Shown here one piece after another: positions 25,190 to 32,842 of a stretch of 32,842 bases of DNA; position 1 is the first letter of the stretch; each line of letters begins with the position of its first letter. The stretch is taken from NCBI GenBank assembly GCA_945903925.1, contig CAMDPJ010000001.1:1-32842 (forward strand), given 5' to 3'. The position numbers and the translations under genes are program-made. The DNA is from Chryseobacterium gleum. GTDB taxonomy: Bacteria > Bacteroidota > Bacteroidia > Flavobacteriales_C > GCA-002722245. A model generated the notes under the pieces. That model worked only from the letters and a program-made list of their open reading frames with translations. It had not been told where the DNA came from and did no database searches.

Positions 25190-25849
25190 TTAATGATTCC
25201 AATTCTTATCTTCAAGCAAAGGCACAAAAGAAAACTCCATCACTTCGTATTTTTTTAGCACACCACCTTTGTATTTATCAATCACGGTCATCATTTGTTT
25301 TTCGCCTTCACCAACAGGTATCACCAATCTACCGCCTTCCATCAACTGCGCCAACAAAGCATCGGGCACATATGGCGCACCAGCTGTTACAATGATTTTG
25401 TTGTAAGGAGCAAATGTAGGTATGCCTTGATAACCATCACCATAAAACAACTTCACACTCACATTAGTTTCGCTCAAAAACTTTTTGGTTTTTACAAAAA
25501 GGGCGTGTTGTCTTTCTATGGAAAAAACTTTAGCTCCCATTTGAAACAGCACCGAGGTTTGGTAGCCACAACCTGTTCCTACCTCTAGTACTTTATCTCC
25601 TTTTTTTATTTCCAGTAATTGCGTTTGAAATCCAACAGTGTAAGGATGAGAAATGGTTTGTCCGCTACCTATAGGAAATGCCTTATTCTGATAAGCATGT
25701 TCCAAGAGGGCATTTTCTAAAAACCAATGGCGAGGCACATTATTAACAGCCTGCAAAACTTGCTCATCGCTGATACCTAGAGTTCGCAACTCCTCCACCA
25801 TCTTATTGCGCATCCCCTTATGTTTAAATGTATCTAGCACAGTTATCAA
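25190..25849 (-). CDS. pcm: Protein-L-isoaspartate(D-aspartate) O-methyltransferase
   Basis: 219 aa. SAM-binding motif VLEVGTGCGYQTSVL. Family motifs PRHWFL, QTISHPYTVG, IIVTAGAP, GGRLVIPVG. Confidence 0.93.
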   Translation of the reverse strand: MITVLDTFKHKGMRNKMVEELRTLGISDEQVLQAVNNVPRHWFLENALLEHAYQNKAFPIGSGQTISHPYTVGFQTQLLEIKKGDKVLEVGTGCGYQTSVLFQMGAKVFSIERQHALFVKTKKFLSETNVSVKLFYGDGYQGIPTFAPYNKIIVTAGAPYVPDALLAQLMEGGRLVIPVGEGEKQMMTVIDKYKGGVLKKYEVMEFSFVPLLEDKNWNH

Positions 25850-25905
25850 TATATAAGTGTTGATTCTTTGGTGAAGATATAAAGTTCGCTGCCAAGCATT
25901 TCAAT

Positions 25906-25913
25906 TACTTTTA
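25906..25913 (+). promoter_or_regulatory. Candidate -7 promoter box (TAnnTTTA)
   Basis: TACTTTTA is a 7/8 match to TAnnTTTG, 18 nt upstream of the ATG at 25932 in the divergent pcm/oxidoreductase intergenic region. Confidence 0.25.
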
Positions 25914-25931
25914 CAAAAAACAAACAAAACA

Positions 25932-26918
25932 ATGTTAAAAATAGGCGTACTTGGGGCTGGGCACTTAGGTAAGATTCACATTAAGCTCATTCAGCAAATT
26001 GCAGAATACAGCTTAATAGGTTTCTTCGATCCCAATCCAGAAACACAAAAAGAAGTAGCTAAAGAATTTGGTATCACAGCCTATGCTTCAGCAGAAGAAT
26101 TAATAGAAGCCGTAGATGTTGTTGACATTGTTACGCCTACCATTTATCATTACGAATGTGCCGTTAAAGCATTAAAAAGTGGCAAACATATTTTCATTGA
26201 AAAACCCATTACCAACACTTTAGAAGAAGCGAGAAACCTAATGCACCTGTCGCATGAGGCGAATGTAAAAATTCAGGTGGGACACGTAGAAAGATTCAAC
26301 CCGGCTTACGTTGCAGCCATTCCTTATTTCACTCAACCAATGTTTATAGAGTGTCATCGCTTGGCCGAGTTTAATCCGCGTGGCACCGATGTTTCTGTAG
26401 TTTTAGATTTAATGATTCACGATATCGATATCATATTAAATATAGTGAACTCTCCCGTAAAAAAGATTTCGGCAAGCGGTTGCGCTGTGGTAAGCGATAC
26501 GCCTGATATTACCAATGCCCGTATTGAATTCGACAATGGTTGTGTGGCCAATTTAACCGCCAGCAGAATATCGTTGAAGAACATGCGCAAAGCAAGATTT
26601 TTTCAAAAAGACGCTTACATCACAATCGATTTTTTAGAGAAAAAAACGAGCATTTTTCAATTGAATGAGCTAAAAGGAGATGCCGACCCTATGTCGCTGA
26701 TAATTGATTTAGGCAACGACAAAGGCAAAAAGGAAATTACCTTTAGTTCGCCCGATGTTAAAGACACTAATGCAATCAAAGAAGAATTGACTACCTTCGC
26801 GCAAGCCATCATTAATAATCATGACCCAGTTGTGACCATTCAAGATGGATACGAAGCCCTCAATGTTGCTCAACAAATTATTGATAAACTTAAAGTGACG
26901 GCTTCATTAATCAGTTAG
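25932..26918 (+). CDS. Gfo/Idh/MocA-family NAD(P)-dependent oxidoreductase
   Basis: 328 aa. N-terminal Rossmann motif KIGVLGAGHLGKIH. EKP motif (HIFIEKPI). The overall length and layout fit the family. Confidence 0.88.
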   Translation: MLKIGVLGAGHLGKIHIKLIQQIAEYSLIGFFDPNPETQKEVAKEFGITAYASAEELIEAVDVVDIVTPTIYHYECAVKALKSGKHIFIEKPITNTLEEARNLMHLSHEANVKIQVGHVERFNPAYVAAIPYFTQPMFIECHRLAEFNPRGTDVSVVLDLMIHDIDIILNIVNSPVKKISASGCAVVSDTPDITNARIEFDNGCVANLTASRISLKNMRKARFFQKDAYITIDFLEKKTSIFQLNELKGDADPMSLIIDLGNDKGKKEITFSSPDVKDTNAIKEELTTFAQAIINNHDPVVTIQDGYEALNVAQQIIDKLKVTASLIS

Positions 26919-26924
26919 TCATTT

Positions 26925-28136
26925 ATGAAGTTTACAGAATTCAATTTCAACGAAAAATTATTAGAAGCCATTTCATACATGGGCTTCGAAGATGCTTCTC
27001 CCATTCAGGAACAAGCGATGCCACAAATCATGGCAGGCAAAGATTTAATAGCTTGCGCACAAACAGGAACAGGTAAAACCGCAGCCTTTTTGTTGCCCAT
27101 TTTAAACAAAATTGCGCAGAAAAAAACATCGGGCGTAAACACCTTAATACTTTGTCCGACCAGAGAATTAGCCATTCAAATTGAACAACAAATACAAGGC
27201 TTTGGCTATTTTGTAGGTGCTAGTTCTATCGCTATTTATGGTGGAGACGACGGCTCTAGCTGGAACGACCAAAAAGCGTCATTAACGGGAGGTGTTGATT
27301 TCATAGTGGCTACACCAGGTAAATTGTTATCACATTTAAATTTAGGTTATGTGAAGTTTGACGAAGTACAACATGTTATTTTAGATGAAGCAGACAGAAT
27401 GCTCGACATGGGCTTTGTGAACGATATTTTAAAAATTATTTCTTTTACGCCCAAAACCCGACAATCACTTTTCTTTAGTGCTACGATGGCACAAAAAATT
27501 CGCGATTTTGCCAATAAGATTATCAACGACCCTATAGAAATAAGTTTATCGATTGCCAAACCTGCAGAAGGTGTTGAACAAGATGTATATTTATCGCATA
27601 GTCATCAAAAAAATGCTTTGTTGCATCATTTGATAAAGGACAAAACCGATTTTGAAAGCATCATTGTTTTTACTTCAAGCAAGAGTAAAGTACAAACTAT
27701 CGTTTCGGCTTTGAGAAGAAAAGGATATTCTGTAGATGGTATTTCGAGCGATTTAGACCAAAAAGAAAGAGAGAATTTATTGTCTCAATTTAGAAGCAAG
27801 AAGTTGCGTATCGTTGTAGCTACCGATGTACTAAGCAGGGGTATCGACATTAAAGACATCAACCTAGTAGTAAACTACGATGTGCCTAATGAAGCTGCCG
27901 ATTACGTTCATCGTATTGGCAGAACAGCACGCGCCAACACCAAAGGAAATGCTATTACTTTGGTGAATGAAGACGACATGTACAAGTTCAGTAGAATTGA
28001 AAAACTGATTGAAAGAGAATTACCTAAACTTTCGCCTCCAACAGAAATGGGAGAACCCCCAGTTTGGAGTGCTGCGTTTAGAAAAAAACCGATGGGCAAC
28101 AGAGGTTCGAACAGCAGAAGTAATTACAGAAGATAA
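26925..28136 (+). CDS. DEAD-box ATP-dependent RNA helicase (RhlE-like, canonical DEAD) with a short basic RG/S-rich tail
   Basis: 403 aa. Q motif (FEDASPIQ), I AQTGTGKTAAF, Ia PTRELA, II ILDEAD, III SAT, VI HRIGRTARAN. The C-terminus reads KKPMGNRGSNSRSNYRR. It starts 6 nt after the upstream stop. Confidence 0.93.
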   Translation: MKFTEFNFNEKLLEAISYMGFEDASPIQEQAMPQIMAGKDLIACAQTGTGKTAAFLLPILNKIAQKKTSGVNTLILCPTRELAIQIEQQIQGFGYFVGASSIAIYGGDDGSSWNDQKASLTGGVDFIVATPGKLLSHLNLGYVKFDEVQHVILDEADRMLDMGFVNDILKIISFTPKTRQSLFFSATMAQKIRDFANKIINDPIEISLSIAKPAEGVEQDVYLSHSHQKNALLHHLIKDKTDFESIIVFTSSKSKVQTIVSALRRKGYSVDGISSDLDQKERENLLSQFRSKKLRIVVATDVLSRGIDIKDINLVVNYDVPNEAADYVHRIGRTARANTKGNAITLVNEDDMYKFSRIEKLIERELPKLSPPTEMGEPPVWSAAFRKKPMGNRGSNSRSNYRR

Positions 28137-28167
28137 TTTGCTCGTAGAGACGCATTTTTATGTGTCT

Positions 28168-29202
28168 TTACCAAACAAAATCACCACTAATAATTCCTGC
28201 TTTAAAAGTGTTCAACAAAACACCTTTTGAAGTATATCTATAAATAGAAGATTTTTGCACATAATCAATGGCGTCTGCCACATATACCACTCTGCTAGAG
28301 GGATCTACACCTAAAGCGTAAAAGCTTTTACTGCCTTGCATAATAAATACAGAGGAAGGAAGAGCTGACGCAGCAATTGGCATTTGATACACCCCCGAAT
28401 TCAAATAATACATTGTATCGTTTGTTCCATTCATTTTTAATTTGCTTGGATATTCGGCCACAGGAAAAGTATAATACATTTCTACCGAATTGTTAGAAGG
28501 GTTGATGCGATACAAAGTAGCATCAATAACATTGTTTTGATCGCCGCCGCACAACACCCACAACTTGCCGTTTTTATCTTGTTTAATCGATGAAGCCCCA
28601 TAGCCCACCGCTATACTATCGGAAATAATATCAGTAGAAGAATTGATAACATACACTTTATCTCTAAAAGCATTCGTCACAAAAACTTTTCCAAAGGCCA
28701 TCACCATTTCTTCTGTAAAACCAGTGCAAGGAATACTACCCGATTTGGTATTGGTATTCAAATCGACAATTGAAATGGCATTGGCTTTGTAATCGCTAAC
28801 ATAAGCTTTGGCATTGTTTACCGCTAAAAAATAACGAGGTGAAGTGAGTCCCGATATGGTAGCCAAAGAAACAAATGTTTGCGCATTCACCACTTCAATT
28901 TTATTGGAGTTATTTACAACAATATAGGCTTTGTTATTAAGCAGAGTAATAGATTGCGCAACATCACCCAAAGCTTTGTTGTTGGCTGTTTTAAACACAT
29001 CTTCTTTTAGTGTTTTACTATCTACGTCATAATAACTTACAGATGCATTGCCAAACTGAAAATTACCTTCGTTGATGATGTAAACACCGTTGTCGGAAGT
29101 GCCAACGGTATTTTCTTCTTCTTCATTGGGCTTGTCTTTAACGCAAGAGGTTATCGACAATAATAGCACGCCAACAAATAAACTATACTTTTTTAATCTC
29201 AT
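28168..29202 (-). CDS. Surface lipoprotein with a YncE/DUF5074-like beta-propeller (candidate BtuG-like accessory protein of the B12 uptake operon)
   Basis: 344 aa. Lipoprotein signal (LLLSITSC) is followed by an acidic stretch (VKDKPNEEEEN) compatible with the Bacteroidota surface-export signal. The NEGNFQFGNASVSYYD...LGDVAQS...KAYIVVNNSNKIEVV pattern is typical of DUF5074/YncE-like propellers. The start overlaps the upstream stop (TAATG). Confidence 0.65.
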   Translation of the reverse strand: MRLKKYSLFVGVLLLSITSCVKDKPNEEEENTVGTSDNGVYIINEGNFQFGNASVSYYDVDSKTLKEDVFKTANNKALGDVAQSITLLNNKAYIVVNNSNKIEVVNAQTFVSLATISGLTSPRYFLAVNNAKAYVSDYKANAISIVDLNTNTKSGSIPCTGFTEEMVMAFGKVFVTNAFRDKVYVINSSTDIISDSIAVGYGASSIKQDKNGKLWVLCGGDQNNVIDATLYRINPSNNSVEMYYTFPVAEYPSKLKMNGTNDTMYYLNSGVYQMPIAASALPSSVFIMQGSKSFYALGVDPSSRVVYVADAIDYVQKSSIYRYTSKGVLLNTFKAGIISGDFVW

Positions 29203-30806
29203 TATCTAACAATTAATTTTTGGGTAGAAATAGAAATATCGTTACTCACCGACACCATATAAATACCCGAATTTAAAAATGAAAGTGCTAAGGTATGATT
29301 GTTTTCATTTACTTGTTCTGTGTATACAATTTTACCTTGCATGTCGCAAATAGAAACCTTTCCTTGTGCATTCACCAGATTTAAAATTCCGTTGTTGTTT
29401 AAAGGATTCGGATAAATCATCCAATCATTTTTTGCCAACTCCTCTACTCCATTTCCTAATGAATGAATTACGCCCACCGCATCTAAATCGAAGCCAGAAG
29501 AAGCAAAAGCTGTAGGCCAAGGATCGTTTACTTTATTGCCGTATTGATCTCTTGATGCATACTGATTTTGAATGCTTCCCACTACATCAATAATTTTGAT
29601 GTGCGTGATGTTATTTACATCCAATCCGCTTTCATTTTTTAGTTCCGCTAAGTCGAAAGGCGTTCCATAAAGCGCGCGATATTTTCCCGCTAAATTATTT
29701 ATGTTCACCGCTTCTGTAGAACCAAAAGAACCTGTTTGAACAGTGGTATCAGTATAAGAAGTGGCAGGAAATCTAAAGTAATTTACACCATCAGAACTCA
29801 CTTCTACAAAAGCCAATTCTAAAAAATCATCGCTAAATGAATTTTCAAAAACGGCAAAATCATAGCCCTCTTCGTTTTTAATACCATCTGCAAAAGTAAG
29901 TAGTGCCGAACCGCCATCGCCTAAACTTACCAAAGCATTGTCGCCCGCTTTACCTAAAGCAGAAGCACTGCTACCAACAGATGCATAACCCGATGAAGTA
30001 GTACTAATATCTCGATAACCTAAAGAAAGTGTAGCTCCGTTTGCCCAAGCAGCAAAGGCCGCGCTATCTTTATGCATTGCATTGCTTCCTGCAACACCAG
30101 CTGCTGGATGAAACAATTCACGATCTAAAGTGGTGAAATTATCTATGGCAAAATAGGCTGGGGTATTCATAAATCCAAATGAATTATCGGAAGACGAGAT
30201 TGCAAAAACCACACTATCCACATTACCCAATTTTTTCAAATTAACCCATCTCCAATCGTTCACAATATAATCGTTTGAAGAGCGATAATCGGCCAAGTAA
30301 AAATGAACTGTATCTGTTACCATATTTTTGTTATAACCTATTATTGAAAGCTTCAACCAATCGGCGTCATTACCACTAACACCACCAAACTTTTTCGCGA
30401 ACATATCTCCATTTTTCATACTTAAAGCGGAGTATGTTGCATTAGTTATGTAAACTCCGTCTACTCCTTTACCTTTTGCCGCTCCGGTTAATTTAATATA
30501 TGCATCTTTTTGTCCCACAGCATAAATAGTAGAATTATTATACCCCACAGCAGTGCGTGCGCTATACTGATTTGCATAACCAGCTGTTGTACTATCTTTC
30601 ATATTGCTGTAGGCAAAACCAGCCGACCACCAGCCTGCATTTTCATTTTGAAACAGGCCGTTGCCATTCGCAAACTCTCCTGCAGCAATAGTTCCATCCC
30701 AAAAACTATCGGTAGGTAAAGTTAATGATTCGAAAGTTGCTATTGTTTGCGCTTTTAAAGCAAGGGCAAAGAATAAAAGAAAAACAGCAGAACTAAGAGT
30801 TTTCAT
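29202..30806 (-). CDS. Secreted DUF4465-like protein with a central uncharacterised domain and a T9SS type A C-terminal sorting domain
   Basis: 534 aa with a signal peptide (ALALKAQT). The N-terminal ~210 aa (FESLTLPTDSFWDG...WWSAGFAYSNMKDSTTAGYANQYSA...YITNATYSALSMKNGDMFAKKF...DWLKLSIIGY...FYLADYR...NTPAYFAIDNF) match my recollection of DUF4465. The C-terminal ~75 aa (IYPNPLNNNGILNL...GIYMVSV...QKLIV) look like a type A CTD. The start overlaps the receptor stop (ATGA). Confidence 0.65.
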   Translation of the reverse strand: MKTLSSAVFLLFFALALKAQTIATFESLTLPTDSFWDGTIAAGEFANGNGLFQNENAGWWSAGFAYSNMKDSTTAGYANQYSARTAVGYNNSTIYAVGQKDAYIKLTGAAKGKGVDGVYITNATYSALSMKNGDMFAKKFGGVSGNDADWLKLSIIGYNKNMVTDTVHFYLADYRSSNDYIVNDWRWVNLKKLGNVDSVVFAISSSDNSFGFMNTPAYFAIDNFTTLDRELFHPAAGVAGSNAMHKDSAAFAAWANGATLSLGYRDISTTSSGYASVGSSASALGKAGDNALVSLGDGGSALLTFADGIKNEEGYDFAVFENSFSDDFLELAFVEVSSDGVNYFRFPATSYTDTTVQTGSFGSTEAVNINNLAGKYRALYGTPFDLAELKNESGLDVNNITHIKIIDVVGSIQNQYASRDQYGNKVNDPWPTAFASSGFDLDAVGVIHSLGNGVEELAKNDWMIYPNPLNNNGILNLVNAQGKVSICDMQGKIVYTEQVNENNHTLALSFLNSGIYMVSVSNDISISTQKLIVR

Positions 30807-32737
30807 TTTTTGATTTTGATTTTATTTGGTTTATTAATTTGAATGGAGAGTCCGCATTGATAATATCTCATGGGCATCGCTCTTACACTTAGCACTTGAT
30901 ATTGCGTATTGAACACATTGTCGATTTGTAGAAAAACTGACAAGTGCTGTTTTTTAAATTTCATTGATTTAGCCAAGTAAATATTGGCAACATAGAAAGG
31001 CGATAAATACTGCGAATTATCGGTACTGGTATAGCGATAGCCCGTGTAACTGTGCACATAGCTTAACAAAAACCCTTTGTATTCTGCTTGAATCTTTGCG
31101 TGCCCGCTATAACGTGGAACATAAATTAATTGCTTTCCAACAGATGCATCGTTCTCTGATTTCGATACTTGATTGGTTGCTAAAACATAGTTGGTAAGTA
31201 AAGAAAATTGAATTTTCAACTTTGAACTTTGAACTTTGAACTTTGAACTAGTTTCCACTCCCCTACTCCAAACATCCACCATGTTTTGTGGAGTCCAAAA
31301 ACCATTGCTTGGCAACCACACAATTTGATTTGAAGTATTTCTATTAAACAAAGAACCATCAATGCATAATGCCAATTTTTCCTTTCTATCTAAATGTAAT
31401 TTCAACGATGCGTCTTGCGAAAAACCTTCTTCTGGTTTTAAATTTAAATTACCGCCAGGTGCCCAATATAAATCGTTTAAGGTGGCCACTCTATACAATT
31501 TAGAAAAAGAAACTTTAGCCGATAGCCATTTCTTTATTTCTACATCGCTACCTGCCGAATAGGTAAAAGGCAATGCTTTTCCATTCATTAATTCTTCGCG
31601 CACACTCGCAGTAAACAACAACTTGTTTTTAAGCGCTGCAATTTTGTAAGAAACAAAAAGAGCTGTTCTATTTTGAAAAGGATTGTTGGCATAGTTATCG
31701 GCTATGGCAGAAGCGTAAGTGTTGTTTACACCAAAATTTACGCATTGATTCTTTACACAATATTTAGCTTCACTTTCTACGATTAATGTTAATGATTTAC
31801 TATGCAAACGATTGTAATTGAATCGCTCATCGAAATAGGCTGATCGCACAAAACAGGTCCATCTTCTTTGCTGATATTGCCATTCTCCACTCAACCTATA
31901 CGACTCATCTTTTTGGTTGTCGCTAGCCGAATTTTGCACCATCGATGGCGGAATATTTCTATCGTTAATTTGATACCAAAAAATTAAATTGAGTTTGTGT
32001 TTTCCTAACAATATTGCATTTTCACTCAGCACTCCATTTGCTTTTCGTTCGGCATTGCTTTGCTTCACCAAAGGATTATCATTGAGAAAAGTATTGTAGA
32101 AAGGGAAATCATTTTTTGCAGAACTATTGAAAAAACGAAGAGAAGAAATCACTTTTTTCTTGCTGATGGAAACAGCTACTTGTTGCGGAAAATTAGAAAA
32201 ACTTCCTGCTGTGAAATTTGCACCAACACTTATTCCTTGGTTAAACGTGGGCACAAAATTAAGATGTATAGCACCGCCCATAGCACCACTTCCCCACAAG
32301 GCTCCGGCACCTCCGTATTGAACACTAACTGAATTGGAGAAACCAACGGGAATCAAGGCCAAATCTAACATGCCATTCATCGGACTATTTAAATTGAATC
32401 CGTTCCATAAAGTAAGGGTCTGACTCGCCCCTGCACCTCTAACCGAAGAAGTAGCCATACTTCCCATGCCATAAGATTTAATAAAAATGCCACTCTCGTT
32501 GTTCAATAAATCGCCAAGACTAGCACTTTTGTATTGTGCTAATGTGCTGCTATCAAACATTTGAATTTTACTGCCCGCCGAGAAATTTTGCAAACGATTG
32601 GCTACCACCACCACTTCATCGGTAACTAAAGTATCTTTTGAAATTTGGGCAAAAGAAGTGAGAGGCAATGTGATTACAAAAATCAAATTGCATAAAAATA
32701 CTGTAGTATGTCTTTTACTCTGTAAAGCCATGTACAT
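30803..32737 (-). CDS. btuB: TonB-dependent outer-membrane receptor, BtuB-like (vitamin B12/corrinoid transporter)
   Basis: 644 aa with a signal peptide (LPLTSFAQ). TonB box and plug (TDEVVVVANR...GIFIKSYG...SVRGAGASQTLTLWNGFNLNSP). The beta-barrel region contains RGVE and ends at a short KIKIKK tail rather than a terminal aromatic. The BtuB-like size and a cobalamin riboswitch immediately upstream support the substrate call. The start could be 32737 or 32731. Confidence 0.85.
   Translation of the reverse strand: MYMALQSKRHTTVFLCNLIFVITLPLTSFAQISKDTLVTDEVVVVANRLQNFSAGSKIQMFDSSTLAQYKSASLGDLLNNESGIFIKSYGMGSMATSSVRGAGASQTLTLWNGFNLNSPMNGMLDLALIPVGFSNSVSVQYGGAGALWGSGAMGGAIHLNFVPTFNQGISVGANFTAGSFSNFPQQVAVSISKKKVISSLRFFNSSAKNDFPFYNTFLNDNPLVKQSNAERKANGVLSENAILLGKHKLNLIFWYQINDRNIPPSMVQNSASDNQKDESYRLSGEWQYQQRRWTCFVRSAYFDERFNYNRLHSKSLTLIVESEAKYCVKNQCVNFGVNNTYASAIADNYANNPFQNRTALFVSYKIAALKNKLLFTASVREELMNGKALPFTYSAGSDVEIKKWLSAKVSFSKLYRVATLNDLYWAPGGNLNLKPEEGFSQDASLKLHLDRKEKLALCIDGSLFNRNTSNQIVWLPSNGFWTPQNMVDVWSRGVETSSKFKVQSSKLKIQFSLLTNYVLATNQVSKSENDASVGKQLIYVPRYSGHAKIQAEYKGFLLSYVHSYTGYRYTSTDNSQYLSPFYVANIYLAKSMKFKKQHLSVFLQIDNVFNTQYQVLSVRAMPMRYYQCGLSIQINKPNKIKIKK
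31218..31249 (-). repeat. 4.5-copy heptanucleotide tandem repeat (GTTCAAA on the coding strand) inside the receptor CDS
   Basis: The plus strand reads AACTTTG x4 plus AACT (31218-31249). The coding strand reads AGTTCAAAGTTCAAAGTTCAAAGTTCAAAGTTG and encodes SSKFKVQSSKLK. The unit length of 7 is not a multiple of 3. Confidence 0.9.
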
Positions 32738-32765
32738 TCTTGCTTTTTTCCCGAAGCAATCATTT

Positions 32766-32842
32766 TATTGTTGCAGTGGCAGGTCTCCTGACTCGTTCTT
32801 TGCGCTGCCTTCCCGTTAGTCAGCTGACTGACAGTGGCCTTT
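32766..32842 (-). promoter_or_regulatory. Cobalamin (B12) riboswitch, 3' portion only (5' part lies beyond the window edge)
   Basis: The minus strand reads GGCCACUGUCAGUCAGCUGACUAACGGGAAGGCAGCGCAAAGAACGAGUCAGGAGACCUGCCACUGCAAC. It contains the conserved CCACUG...GGGAAGGC core segment and a near-consensus B12 box AGUCAGGAGACCUGCC (32778-32793), about 40 nt upstream of the receptor start codon. Confidence 0.75.

Noticed and set aside
22284-28136. Helicase cluster as a possible anti-phage defence island
   Set aside because: All three are compact DEAD-box RNA helicases of 400-440 aa with housekeeping-type motifs. No nuclease, methylase, ATPase-sensor or other effector genes are nearby, and the neighbours are pcm and a sugar-type oxidoreductase.
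28144-28170. Weak hairpin (AGAGACGCA / TGTGTCTTT) between the third helicase and the convergent lipoprotein gene
   Set aside because: The stem is imperfect with two non-Watson-Crick positions, and it overlaps the stop codon of the minus-strand gene. That is too weak to call a terminator.
28009-28230. 73-aa plus-strand ORF spanning the helicase 3' end and the intergenic region
   Set aside because: It is out of frame with the helicase, overlaps the convergent lipoprotein gene end, and has no motifs.

Overview
AT-rich chromosomal window that looks like Bacteroidota: it has T9SS C-terminal sorting domains, a PorP/SprF gene, tightly packed operons with overlapping stop/start codons, and TAnnTTT(G/A)-like -7 boxes rather than Shine-Dalgarno leaders. 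All calls come from reading the ORF translations and DNA by eye; no database search was run. I support 27 protein genes. (1) 324-9055 (+) is a type IX secretion cargo module: a giant PKD-repeat adhesin with a type B C-terminal domain, PorP/SprF, a PorE-like TPR/beta-propeller/OmpA protein, and a beta-propeller cargo with a type A C-terminal domain. (2) An ammonium transporter. (3) 11074-15893 (-) is a minus-strand operon: a YdiJ-like FAD/Fe-S oxidoreductase, a DUF5723-like outer-membrane protein and a small GNAT-like protein. (4) Small membrane and thioredoxin-fold genes. (5) A secreted MORN-repeat protein. (6) ffh-folD plus a small beta-barrel gene. (7) Three DEAD-box helicase paralogues, with pcm and a Gfo/Idh/MocA oxidoreductase interspersed. 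(8) 28168-32842 (-) is a cobalamin-riboswitch-led operon, with the riboswitch cut by the window edge. It encodes a BtuB-like TonB-dependent receptor, a DUF4465-like protein with a T9SS sorting tail, and a YncE/DUF5074-like beta-propeller lipoprotein. I found no rRNA, tRNA, CRISPR array, transposase or integrase. The most unusual signals are non-coding or structural. There are two related composite palindromic elements with nested hairpins (18886-19043 and 25086-25186). A GTTCAA(A/T) heptamer repeat family occurs as inverted arrays abutting the folD start codon, and also as a 4.5-copy tract inside the B12-receptor coding sequence, which makes it a phase-variation candidate. A 17-nt direct repeat brackets one small gene exactly. 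The B12 locus appears to tether its putative corrinoid-binding protein through T9SS rather than through a lipid anchor.
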